Of a stretch of 54,896 bases of DNA, positions 37,283-46,557 are shown piece after piece. The notes under the pieces are model-generated. The model saw nothing but the letters and a program-made list of their open reading frames with translations, did no database searches and had not been told where the DNA came from. Within the stretch, counting starts at the first letter, position 1. Every line of letters begins with the position of its first letter. A program made the position numbers and the translations under genes. Source of the stretch: Gemmatimonadota bacterium (GTDB lineage: Bacteria; Gemmatimonadota; Gemmatimonadetes; Palauibacterales; KS3-K002); the NCBI GenBank assembly GCA_039586795.1, contig JBDHJS010000031.1, positions 1-54,896 on the forward strand, given 5' to 3'.

Positions 37283-38899
37283 CTACGGCGCGATACCGCG
37301 CTCTCGCTTCTGTTCTTCTACCATGGCCGCCACGTCGGCCAGCAACTGCTTAGCATCGTAGACGATCCCGTCTTTGATCGTGTACACGATGCCGCCCTTG
37401 CGCTCGGCTACCCCCGTTTCGTCATTCAGGCGCACAACACCAGTGCCATACAGCACCTTGATATCATCGATCGGGTTCTCGCCCACGACGACGAGGTCCG
37501 CCAGATATCCTTCACGCACGATACCGAACTCCACGGGCTGTCCTTTCGGCTTCATCAGCGTCTGTGCGCCGTACAACGTGGCGCTGCGGAACACCTCGAG
37601 CGGGTGGAAGCCGGCCTCCTGCAGCAACTCCATTTCCTCGATAGTGGAGAACCCGTACAAGTTATAGATGTAGCCGGCGTCCGAGCTCACCGTCACACGT
37701 CCGCCCATGTCCTTGTAGTCGTCCAGCAGCTGCATCCATACGCGGTAGAAGTTCTTCCACGCGATCTCATCCCACGCCGTCCAATCATAGTAGAAGGACC
37801 CGTGGTTCTCGCGGCTCGGCTCGTAGAAGTCCCACTGCGATGGCAGAGTATACTTCTCGTGCCAATCGGCGTTACGTGCTCGCATCACATCGCGGCTCGC
37901 CAGGTAGGCGGTCATCGTCGGGTCGAGGGTGATATCCAGCTCCTTCAGTTCCTTCAGCAGCGCGTTCCACTCGTCGCTGCCAGGCGGATGGATCATATCC
38001 CATTGCCGGGCAACCTGCCCGAAGCGGTGCTGCTCGTTGGCATAGTTCATATCGGCAGGCCACGGCTGCACGTCGTGGTCGTCGTAGATCGCCTCGAACA
38101 AACCGTAGTAATGCGTGACGGTCCCCAAACCAAGGCGTGCCGCATCAAGCGCGTTCATCCAGGCGACGTTGGTCTGGGCGAGGTGCGCCGTGGTACCCAT
38201 GTTATGCTTTCTCGCCTCGTCGATCAGCGCCGCCATGATCTCCGGTTCATACCCGAACAGCTTCACCCCGTCGATTCCTTTGTCAGCCGCCCAACGGACC
38301 CAGGCCCGAGCATCATCCGCCGTCCGTATCGGCCCTTGTCCCCAACCCTGCCCCGGGATCTGGTAGACGAACATGCGCGGAGCGACGATTTCGTTGCGAG
38401 CACTGCGCTCCTGTTCGCTCAGCGACCAGTCGACGGGCCCGAAACCCACGCCTCGTCCCGTCGTTATCCCGTGGGCCATCCACAGCTTGTAGACGTATTC
38501 CGCTTCGGGAGCCTTCGGTACGCCACCCGTATGGAGATGCAAATCGACGAACCCGGGCAGAACATACATCCCTGAGACATCCAGCTCTTTCGTCCCCGGT
38601 TCCGGACGCCGGTTAGGATCGATGGGAACGCCAGGCACACCCACTCCCGCGATCCGCGCGATGCGGTTGCCCTCGATGACGATGTCCACCGGACCCATCG
38701 GCGGCGCGCCCGTCCCGTCTATCACGATGGCCCCGCGCAGCACGAGCCGCTCGAACGGGCCCTCCCCTTCATCCGGCCCACGGTTCGGCGCCGGCTGCAC
38801 GACGTTTTGCGCCTTAACCGGGACGGACATGACCAGGAACAGTCCCACCACGGCAAAGACAGAGGAGATCAGTTCAGAGCACGTCAAACGACCGAGCAT
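37283..38899 (-). CDS. Secreted amidohydrolase family protein
   Basis: AGGAGG before ATG 38899; IVIEGNRI, PGFVDLHLH, AHGITT, ADLVVV; the ORF-track 5' extension is probably not coding. Confidence 0.88.
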   Translation of the reverse strand: MLGRLTCSELISSVFAVVGLFLVMSVPVKAQNVVQPAPNRGPDEGEGPFERLVLRGAIVIDGTGAPPMGPVDIVIEGNRIARIAGVGVPGVPIDPNRRPEPGTKELDVSGMYVLPGFVDLHLHTGGVPKAPEAEYVYKLWMAHGITTGRGVGFGPVDWSLSEQERSARNEIVAPRMFVYQIPGQGWGQGPIRTADDARAWVRWAADKGIDGVKLFGYEPEIMAALIDEARKHNMGTTAHLAQTNVAWMNALDAARLGLGTVTHYYGLFEAIYDDHDVQPWPADMNYANEQHRFGQVARQWDMIHPPGSDEWNALLKELKELDITLDPTMTAYLASRDVMRARNADWHEKYTLPSQWDFYEPSRENHGSFYYDWTAWDEIAWKNFYRVWMQLLDDYKDMGGRVTVSSDAGYIYNLYGFSTIEEMELLQEAGFHPLEVFRSATLYGAQTLMKPKGQPVEFGIVREGYLADLVVVGENPIDDIKVLYGTGVVRLNDETGVAERKGGIVYTIKDGIVYDAKQLLADVAAMVEEQKRERGIAP

Positions 38900-39269
38900 G
38901 ACGGCCTCCTTGCAGGTCGGTGAGGGAGCGAGATGGTTTTGGCGATCATCACCGATAAGAGAAGCGAGGGCGTGACGCGGCGCAACACGTCGAATCGGCC
39001 CACTTCGGCGGCCTGTGTTCTGCAATACAGTTCGCTGACTAACCAGAATCGTGAGCAGTTCACCTGTTGCTGAGCTCACCGACCCACCCGGCAGGTTGAG
39101 GCAAGACCCCATCATTCGCGGTTGGCCGCTGTCCGGGAAGACGGAGTAAAGCAGGCGAATCAAGGGGAATCGGCCCTCCCAACCCACTCGGAACTGGTCC
39201 AGAACTTGCCCGTATGGGCTAGTTACCGGATCGCCCGCCTCGAGCCGTCCACCCTTACTACCACAGACT

Positions 39270-39521
39270 ATGAACGTACGAGCGCAGGTAGAACGCTTCA
39301 TCACGGAACTAACGAATGCCGATAACATCGATCCCGCAGTGAACCTTTTCGAGAACGGTCAACTCACCTCGCTCGACGCACTCGATCTGGTCGCATTCGT
39401 CGAGTCTACGTTCGAGATCTCGATTCAGGGAGATGACATCACGGTCGACAACCTAGGGTCGATCGACTCCATCGTTGGCTACGTAGAGAAGACGAAGCAG
39501 GCAGCGCAAGCGGTCCAGTGA
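39270..39521 (+). CDS. Acyl/peptidyl carrier protein
   Basis: Acidic 83 aa; LFENGQLTSLDALDLVAFVESTF..I..DDIT..NLGSIDSI; Ser present in TSL. Confidence 0.9.
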   Translation: MNVRAQVERFITELTNADNIDPAVNLFENGQLTSLDALDLVAFVESTFEISIQGDDITVDNLGSIDSIVGYVEKTKQAAQAVQ

Positions 39522-40990
39522 TCCCAACTCACGAGTTATTGCGTAGTTCCGCCGCGAAGCGCCCGACGGATGAAGCGGTCGTATGCGGCGATGCCCGACT
39601 CACCTATGCCGAGCTGGACGATCGGTCCGAAGCCGTCGCACAGTATCTGGTGTCCAGAGGCGTGAAGCCAGGTGACCGGGTGGGCATATTCAGCTCGAAG
39701 AATGCCGAAGAGACCATCGCGTTGTTCGGCATCCTGAAAGCGGGCGCCGCGTTTGTCCACATCAATCCATACTACAGAGAGGAACATCTCAGGCACGTTG
39801 TAGACGACTGCGGGTTGAAGGCCCTGTTCGTAGACGGCTCCAGAGAATCGATCTTCGACTCCGCCTACTTCGAACGCTGCCACGTCGACCTGGTTATCCC
39901 GTTGGCCGGCAAGCTCCCCACGGCCGGCGATCAGGCGCTGCCCAAGACAGCCGCGCCAGATGAACTCGCCGCGATTGTGTACACTTCCGGCTCCACCGGG
40001 ATGCCAAAAGGCATCATGGTCACGCACCAGATCTTCCACGATGCAACGACATACTCTGCCGCGATACTCAGGAATGATCCGGAAGACCGGTTGATCTCGG
40101 TCACACCATTGTCGTTTGACGGAGCGCTAAGCCAGCTCTTCACAGCCATCCTCGTGGGCGGTACCCTGGTACAGCAACCGTCCGCCCTTCCTGGCGACGT
40201 GGTCACGACGCTGCTCGCCGAGCGGGTCACGGGCATCCACGCCATGCCGTCCTTCTGGCGTACGCTTCTGCACCCTCGGTCGTCGTTCCCCGCCGAGCGG
40301 TTTCCTAGCCTGCGCTATGTGTCGATCATCGGCGAAGCGATGCCCGACAAGATGCTCGGTCAACTGAGATCGGTCCTTCCGGCCTGCGAGTTCTTCCTGA
40401 TGTACGGAACCACAGAGGCTTTCCGCTCGACCTATCTGCCGCCTCACGATCTCGATCGAAAGAAGGGCAGCGTCGGCATTCCGTTTCCCGGCGTCGAGAT
40501 CTCCATCGTTGACGACGATGGCAATCCTGTTGATCCGAGTGAGGTAGGTACAATCGTGCATCGCGGTAGCTTCGTATCACCCGGGTATTGGAACGACCCC
40601 TGCCACACGCAGAGCACGTTTCGCGACGGTGGCCTCTTCACCGGAGACCTGGGCCGATTGGACGAAGAGGGATACCTGTACTTCCTGGGCCGGAGCGATG
40701 GACTCATCAAGACGATGGGATTCCGAGTCAGTCCGGAGGAAGTCGAGAGCTGTCTGTGCGAAATGACAGGCGTCAGTGAGTCCGCCGTAGTGGGAATCAC
40801 GGACACCGACGGCGCTACAACCCTGAAGGCCATACTCGTGTGCGATGGCAGCTCCCCGCCATCTGAGCGCGAGGTGCGCCTTCACTGCCGTGAACGCTTG
40901 CCCCACTACTTGGTACCGACATCGATCGAGTTTCGGAGCGCGCTACCCAGGACCGCGACCGGCAAGACCAGGCGCGCGGCCGTTCACTGA
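39518..40990 (+). CDS. Adenylate-forming ligase, similar to exosortase-associated acyl-CoA ligases
   Basis: YTSGSTGMPKG, PLSFD, MYGTTEAFRSTYLPP, TGDLG, GFRVSPEEVE, LPRTATGK; GTGA overlap with ACP gene. Confidence 0.93.
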   Translation: MIPTHELLRSSAAKRPTDEAVVCGDARLTYAELDDRSEAVAQYLVSRGVKPGDRVGIFSSKNAEETIALFGILKAGAAFVHINPYYREEHLRHVVDDCGLKALFVDGSRESIFDSAYFERCHVDLVIPLAGKLPTAGDQALPKTAAPDELAAIVYTSGSTGMPKGIMVTHQIFHDATTYSAAILRNDPEDRLISVTPLSFDGALSQLFTAILVGGTLVQQPSALPGDVVTTLLAERVTGIHAMPSFWRTLLHPRSSFPAERFPSLRYVSIIGEAMPDKMLGQLRSVLPACEFFLMYGTTEAFRSTYLPPHDLDRKKGSVGIPFPGVEISIVDDDGNPVDPSEVGTIVHRGSFVSPGYWNDPCHTQSTFRDGGLFTGDLGRLDEEGYLYFLGRSDGLIKTMGFRVSPEEVESCLCEMTGVSESAVVGITDTDGATTLKAILVCDGSSPPSEREVRLHCRERLPHYLVPTSIEFRSALPRTATGKTRRAAVH

Positions 40991-41013
40991 CCCACAACGA
41001 TCGAGAATCGAAT

Positions 41014-42015
41014 ATGCGCCGTTGTACTCATTGTACTCTGCCCGAAACGTTCCCTGGAATCACGTTCGACGACGAGGGAATGTGTTCGGTATGCGCAGAT
41101 TTCGCCCAGCGGGACGAGTTCATACCCTCGCTGAACCGACTTCGGGCTCAGTTCGACGAGCTGGTCGCACAAGCCAAGGCTTCAGGCTGCCACTACCATG
41201 CGCTGGTCGCCTACTCAGGTGGGAAAGACAGTACCTATCTGTGCTACCTGCTAAAGAAGGACTACGACCTCAATATCCTCGCCTTCACCCTGGACAATGG
41301 CTTCATCAGCCCCAAGACGTTCCGCAACATGGCGCGGGTGCTAGACAACCTTGGGGTCGATCATGTCGTCAACCGTCCGCGATTCGATCTGGCCAAGAAC
41401 GTCTTTTCGACCAGCGCGAACTCGGATATCTACCCTGAATCGCTGGTCAAATTCGGCAGTTCGGTCTGCATCTCATGTATCCGCATGGTCACCAACCTTT
41501 CCCTGCGGTGCGCCCGAGAGAAGAACATCCCGCTGATCATGCTCGGGAATAGTCCGGGCCAGCTCATTCAGTCGGAGCGGGAGATCATATATCAGGACAA
41601 CCGCATTCCCTGGGAGCTCAAGCGGCGGCTCTTCCAACCGTTAGCTGACAAGGTTGGCGACGGCGTCTATCACTATGTGATGTTGGAGCGAGAGCAGTAC
41701 CAACAGCCGGATTTCCCTCACACGGTCAACCCGTTCCCGATCATTGGCTACGATGAGAAGATCATTTACGAGACGATCGAACAACTCGGCTGGCAGCGTC
41801 CCGCAGATGTGGACGCCTGCTCGACGAACTGCCAGCTAAACTCTTACGGCATCGTCAAGCACGTCGATCGACACAAGTTCCATCCGTATGACTACGAGAT
41901 GGCCATGCTCGTACGTCTGGGAAAGATCACACGTGAAGAGGCGCTGCGGCGCGTGAACGGCTCCAACGAGCGGTTGGTCCAGCTATCGGCCACTGTGTCG
42001 AACAAGTTAGAGTAG
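41014..42015 (+). CDS. PP-loop (AANH superfamily) ATP pyrophosphatase, N-acetyl-sugar amidotransferase/QueC-like
   Basis: N-terminal CxxC..CxxC, PP-loop SGGKDS, TLDNGF, CISC, STNC. Confidence 0.82.
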   Translation: MRRCTHCTLPETFPGITFDDEGMCSVCADFAQRDEFIPSLNRLRAQFDELVAQAKASGCHYHALVAYSGGKDSTYLCYLLKKDYDLNILAFTLDNGFISPKTFRNMARVLDNLGVDHVVNRPRFDLAKNVFSTSANSDIYPESLVKFGSSVCISCIRMVTNLSLRCAREKNIPLIMLGNSPGQLIQSEREIIYQDNRIPWELKRRLFQPLADKVGDGVYHYVMLEREQYQQPDFPHTVNPFPIIGYDEKIIYETIEQLGWQRPADVDACSTNCQLNSYGIVKHVDRHKFHPYDYEMAMLVRLGKITREEALRRVNGSNERLVQLSATVSNKLE

Positions 42016-42022
42016 CATCCGA

Positions 42023-43792
42023 ATGTGCGGGATCTGCGGGATCTATCACTTCGACGAGCGTCAGCCGGCGCAGCCGGTGGTACTCGAGCGTATGTCTCGG
42101 TCAATGACCCACCGTGGTCCCGACGGGGACGGTACGTACTACGATTCCTTTGTCGCGCTCGGGCACCGGCGTCTGTCGATCATCGATATCGATGGCGGCG
42201 CCCAACCGATGAGCAACGAGACCGGCTCCGTCTGGATTTCGTTCAATGGCGAGATCTACAATTACGTCGAGTTGAGAGAAGAGTTGGTGTCGAAGGGCCA
42301 CCACTTCCGAAGCCGAAGCGACACGGAAGTGATCGTTCATGCCTACGAGGAGTACGGCATCGACTGCGTGCATCGACTGAATGGCATGTTCGCCTTCGGG
42401 ATCTGGGATACGCAGCGTAAGCGCCTCTTCCTGGCACGAGACCGCCTGGGGATAAAGCCGCTGTATTACACGGTCACGAACGGTGCTTTCCTGTTCGCTT
42501 CCGAGATAAAGGCGCTCCTCGAGCATCCCGACGTCTGCCGAGCCATCGATCTCGACGCCGTACCCGAGTATCTGTTTGCCACATCGTTCCTCGGCAATCG
42601 CACGATGTTCCGTGGAATCACCGCCCTGCCGGCGGGACACACGGCGGTGATCGAGGGCCGATCACCCACCGTGCGACAGTATTGGGACGTGGCGGTCGGC
42701 GGCTCGGAAGACGCGGCCGTGGACGAGTACGCGGCCCATACCCAGGCCATGCTAGCCGACTCGGTTCGACTAAGGTTGATGAGCGATGTACCGTTCGGCT
42801 CGTTGTTGAGCGGTGGGCTGGATTCCAGCATAGTGTCGGCCGTCGCTACGCAACACGTGAGCGAACCGCTCAAGACCTTCTCCATCGAGTTCTCCCAAAA
42901 CGTTGAGATGAACCGCGCCGGCGCCGATGTCGAATATGCCCGGCACATGGCCAAGACATTCGACACCGATCACCACGAGTTCATCTTCGCCCCGCAGGAC
43001 TATTACGACTGCCAGGAGCTAGCCACCTGGCACCTGGAGAAGCCGGTCGAGCTGACCACCCCCTCGCTGTTCCTGCTCCACAAGAGCCTCAAACCCCACA
43101 TCACGGTCGTATTGTCAGGCGAAGGAGCGGACGAGTTGTTCGGGGGGTACTACTTCTTCCTACAGGAAGCCCAGCGGAACGAGGTGACCGAATTCCCCTG
43201 GGCTCCGTATTCCCGTGAGGTGGCTCAACTCATGAACCCGGAGCTGGCCGAGACGACGCAGTTCCAGGCTCGAATGAGCCAGGGATTGAATGACCTTCTG
43301 AGCAAAGCGGACGGCACCGACTTCCTGAATCGGATTTTGTACTTGTTTGTGAAGGTCTACCTGATCGAAATGCTCGAACGTCAGGACAAGACCAGCATGG
43401 CCTGGAGCGTCGAGGCCCGGGTACCGTTCCTCGATCATCGCCTAGTGGAGTACGCATTCACGATGCCGTCCCGGTGGAAGCTCAACGGTGACGACGAGAA
43501 GTACATCCTCAAGAAGGCCTTCCACGCACTGCTTCCCGAGCGCGTGCGGGAGCGGAAGAAGAAGCCCTTCCCGTTCCCGGTGGACCCCCGATCGATTCAC
43601 GAGCAGCGAGGCGCTGCAAACGACCTGGCACAGAGCAGCACTTCGCGAATCGGTCATTACTTCGACAAGAAGAAAGTCGAAGACTTCTTGTACAAGCGAA
43701 ACGGGTTTTCGAGCATCGACAACCTGGCTGTCTTCAGGACTTCGTTCGCGCTCATCTCTCTCGAGATGTGGCACCGAGCTTTCCGGATCTGA
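42023..43792 (+). CDS. asnB: Asparagine synthase (glutamine-hydrolysing) family amidotransferase
   Basis: MCGI, HRGPD, HRRLSIID, FNGEIYN, RDRLGIKPL, LSGGLDSS, SGEGADELF, EARVPFLD. Confidence 0.93.
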   Translation: MCGICGIYHFDERQPAQPVVLERMSRSMTHRGPDGDGTYYDSFVALGHRRLSIIDIDGGAQPMSNETGSVWISFNGEIYNYVELREELVSKGHHFRSRSDTEVIVHAYEEYGIDCVHRLNGMFAFGIWDTQRKRLFLARDRLGIKPLYYTVTNGAFLFASEIKALLEHPDVCRAIDLDAVPEYLFATSFLGNRTMFRGITALPAGHTAVIEGRSPTVRQYWDVAVGGSEDAAVDEYAAHTQAMLADSVRLRLMSDVPFGSLLSGGLDSSIVSAVATQHVSEPLKTFSIEFSQNVEMNRAGADVEYARHMAKTFDTDHHEFIFAPQDYYDCQELATWHLEKPVELTTPSLFLLHKSLKPHITVVLSGEGADELFGGYYFFLQEAQRNEVTEFPWAPYSREVAQLMNPELAETTQFQARMSQGLNDLLSKADGTDFLNRILYLFVKVYLIEMLERQDKTSMAWSVEARVPFLDHRLVEYAFTMPSRWKLNGDDEKYILKKAFHALLPERVRERKKKPFPFPVDPRSIHEQRGAANDLAQSSTSRIGHYFDKKKVEDFLYKRNGFSSIDNLAVFRTSFALISLEMWHRAFRI

Positions 43793-43796
43793 GCGT

Positions 43797-44942
43797 ATGA
43801 ACTTCACGCCTACTCAACGCGAGGCCATTCAAGGAGCCGCCGAGATCGCCAAACGAGTTCTCGGTCCCATCGCGTCGGAGATCGACCGGACAGAGGAATT
43901 CCCTCTCGAGGCCGTTAGAGAGCTCGGGCGCGCCGGCTTGCTCGGAATTCCCTACCCCGACGAGCTCGGTGGCGCTGGCCTGGACTACGTGACCTATTCG
44001 GAGGTCATCCGAGAGATCGCCCGGGTCTGCGCCTCCACAGCCATGACTGTGGTCGCGCACAGCACGCTCACCGGATACCCCGTCTACCGTTTTGGTACGC
44101 CCGACCAGAAGGAACGCTTTCTCACTCCGCTGGCTTCCGGTACCGCATTGGGCGCCTACGCCTCCACTGAACCCGGGGCCGGGTCTGATCTGGCCGGCAT
44201 TCAGACCACTGCCGTCGAGGATGGGGACCATTTCGTTTTGAATGGTTCAAAAGTGTTCATCACCAACGCCAACTACGCCGACCTGTTCATCGTCGCGGCC
44301 TCGACGGCGGCCGGGCAGGGTGCGCTGGGCTTGAGCGTCTTCATGGTGGAGAAGAACACGCCCGGATTCCGAACCTCAGGAAAGCGCGAACGGAAACTCG
44401 GAATGCGCGGTTCGGATACTGGCGAACTGATCTTCGAGAACGCTCTGGTGCCGCGAGACAACCTGATCGGCAAGAAAAACTTCGGCCTCAAGATTCTACA
44501 CGACACTCTGGTCACCGCCCGTATCGGGATGGGGTCGATCGCGCTGGGCATCGCCGAAATCGCGCTCGACCACTGTTTACGATACGCACTGGAACGGAAG
44601 CAGTTCGGGGAACACCTGGCCAAGTTTCAGACCATCCGCAACATGCTCGCCGACATGGAGCTGGGCGTCAGCGCCGCACGCCTCTTGGTGCAGAAGGCCG
44701 CCCAACTCAAGGATCAGGGCGCCGATGTCACCAAGGAAGCATCAGAGGCCAAGCTGTTCGCGTCGGAAGTTGCGACGAGCGTCACCAAGGATGCGATCCA
44801 GATCTTCGGCGGCTACGGCTACATGTGCGAATACCCACTGGAGCGCTACTTTCGCGACGCCAAGCTGACCGAGATAGGGGACGGCACGTCAGAGATGCAA
44901 CGGTTGATCATTGCGGACGAGTTGCTCAAACGGCACCGCTAG
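43797..44942 (+). CDS. Acyl-CoA/acyl-ACP dehydrogenase family protein
   Basis: TEPGAGSD, LNGSKVFITN, KLGMRGSDT, RKQFG, FGGYGY, RDAKLTEIGDGT; start at ATG 43797. Confidence 0.93.
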   Translation: MNFTPTQREAIQGAAEIAKRVLGPIASEIDRTEEFPLEAVRELGRAGLLGIPYPDELGGAGLDYVTYSEVIREIARVCASTAMTVVAHSTLTGYPVYRFGTPDQKERFLTPLASGTALGAYASTEPGAGSDLAGIQTTAVEDGDHFVLNGSKVFITNANYADLFIVAASTAAGQGALGLSVFMVEKNTPGFRTSGKRERKLGMRGSDTGELIFENALVPRDNLIGKKNFGLKILHDTLVTARIGMGSIALGIAEIALDHCLRYALERKQFGEHLAKFQTIRNMLADMELGVSAARLLVQKAAQLKDQGADVTKEASEAKLFASEVATSVTKDAIQIFGGYGYMCEYPLERYFRDAKLTEIGDGTSEMQRLIIADELLKRHR

Positions 44943-44960
44943 CCGGCACCGATCGAGACC

Positions 44961-46052
44961 ATGGCAAACGTCCGCGCGCTAACTGAGAAAGACATTCCAG
45001 ACGTCGCCGAGTTGCGAAGGCGAGTCTTTCGCTGGCGACAGGAGGAACCGGCCGCCGCCCGAGAGTCTGCCGTACGCAGGGTTTTTTGGGAGAACCCGTT
45101 CGTCGATTGCCGGACACCGTCGCTGGTCCTGGAGGACTCGGAAGAGGGGATCGTCGGGTTCATCGGTGTGTCCGCCCGACGGTTCCGTCTGGGCTGCGAA
45201 GAGATACTCGGGGCTGTCTGCTCGAGCTTCATGGCGGAAGGCCGCGGGCGGGGACTCGGTGGCGCACAACTCCTGAAGCGATTCCTCGAAGGACCACAGG
45301 ATCTCTCGTTTGTCGATTCACCAAACACGGAGGCGCTGAACCTCTGGGCGCGCCTGGGCACGGTCCACGCTGCGCGGGAAAGCCTCCACTGGGTTCGGCC
45401 CCTGCGACCGGTTCGCTACGCGGTCGGACGGCTACGCGGGGGGAGATTGCCGCAAGTCGCCCGCGTTTTAGCGCGACCCTTCGCGATGGGTCTCGACGCC
45501 CTTGCGGTGCGCGCCACGAAGAACCCGTTCTACCTTCCCGCTCCCGAATCGCAAGAAGGTCCTCTGGCGCCAGAAGAGCTACGCCGTTGCCTGGCGGACA
45601 TGGAGAACCCTGGTTGCCTGGTTCCACTGTATGGCCAAGACAGTCTGGAATGGCTGCTGGACAGTCTCGAACGTGGTCCCAAGGGCAGCCGACTCCGCAA
45701 GGCGTTGGTCCGCGGAAAGACCGGCGAGCCGATCGGCTGGTACATCCGAATAGCCAATCCAGGCGGAATGAGCGATGTCATTCAATATGGCGCAAACGGG
45801 AACCATCACGCCGAGTTGCTGAACCACATATTCCACGCCGCCTGGAGCGAAGGTTCGGTAGCGGTGTCCGGGCGGGCCTGCGGCTATTCGTGGGACCAGT
45901 TGCTCCAGCAGGGATGCGTCTTCTCCCGAAACCGCCCTCCGGTCCTGATTCACTCCCAGCGGTGTGACATTCTGACCGCCTTTCAAGAGGGCCGCGTCCA
46001 TCTATCACGCCTGGAAGGAGAGTGGTGGTTGATCCACCTGTGCGACGCGTGA
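44961..46052 (+). CDS. GNAT-family acyltransferase (probably tandem GNAT fold)
   Basis: VRALTEKDIPDVAEL, IVGFIG, motif-A-like RGRGLGGAQLLK, N..ALNLW..LG. Confidence 0.72.
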   Translation: MANVRALTEKDIPDVAELRRRVFRWRQEEPAAARESAVRRVFWENPFVDCRTPSLVLEDSEEGIVGFIGVSARRFRLGCEEILGAVCSSFMAEGRGRGLGGAQLLKRFLEGPQDLSFVDSPNTEALNLWARLGTVHAARESLHWVRPLRPVRYAVGRLRGGRLPQVARVLARPFAMGLDALAVRATKNPFYLPAPESQEGPLAPEELRRCLADMENPGCLVPLYGQDSLEWLLDSLERGPKGSRLRKALVRGKTGEPIGWYIRIANPGGMSDVIQYGANGNHHAELLNHIFHAAWSEGSVAVSGRACGYSWDQLLQQGCVFSRNRPPVLIHSQRCDILTAFQEGRVHLSRLEGEWWLIHLCDA

Positions 46053-46082
46053 CGCGTCCTTCGACAAATACTCTTGCTGCGC

Positions 46083-46111
46083 TTGCTCCGTCGCAGCCCT
46101 CGGCCTAGAAT
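46083..46111 (+). promoter_or_regulatory. Candidate sigma70 promoter for the 46177 ORF
   Basis: TTGCTC - 17 nt - TAGAAT. Confidence 0.5.
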
Positions 46112-46176
46112 CCACCAGCCCCAGCCAGCCAAGCGTCGATCTACCGCGACTGAACCCACGACATCAGGACGATACA

Positions 46177-46464
46177 ATGATCCTCATATTAGGTCTGTTC
46201 TCTCTTTCCTTCGCTTTGTCCTCGGCATTCTGCGCCGGCCGCGCCGCCGGTATCAACAAGCAGCTGGAAGAAGAAAGCAAGGGCGTCGTTCAGAACACGG
46301 AAGGCATCGTTGAGGACCCGGAGCGCATGCAGGAAGTCGCCGGTGCCATGGACGAGATCGGCGAGAGTCCGCTGGCGCAGGAGTATGCGAAGTGGGTTCA
46401 GCGTTCCTATACATGGGGCATCGCCGCTGTGATGGGGTTTTTCGCGGTACTGGTAATGAGATAG
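46177..46464 (+). CDS. Small hypothetical protein with two hydrophobic ends and an acidic middle
   Basis: AGGA RBS, candidate promoter upstream, hydrophobic N- and C-terminal segments. Confidence 0.65.
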   Translation: MILILGLFSLSFALSSAFCAGRAAGINKQLEEESKGVVQNTEGIVEDPERMQEVAGAMDEIGESPLAQEYAKWVQRSYTWGIAAVMGFFAVLVMR

Positions 46465-46557
46465 CGAGCCCCACACCACCCAACCCCCGTCCCGGGGATC
46501 TTGCCGAGCCGAGCCGACGTTAGTGTTTACCACGCCCTTCATCGGCTACCGGGAGAA

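Noticed and set aside
38900..39328. Long 5' extension of the 681-aa amidohydrolase ORF, and a possible riboswitch in this gap
   Set aside because: A strong RBS and signal peptide mark ATG 38899 as the start; no riboswitch consensus was recognised (an Rfam scan would settle it)
39270..44942. ACP plus ligase plus ACAD as a pyrrolyl-ACP (PltL/F/E-type) cassette
   Set aside because: The ligase motifs (PLSFDGALSQL, MYGTTEAFRSTY) resemble the exosortase-associated family more than proline adenylases, and AsnB and the PP-loop enzyme would be unexplained; not fully excluded
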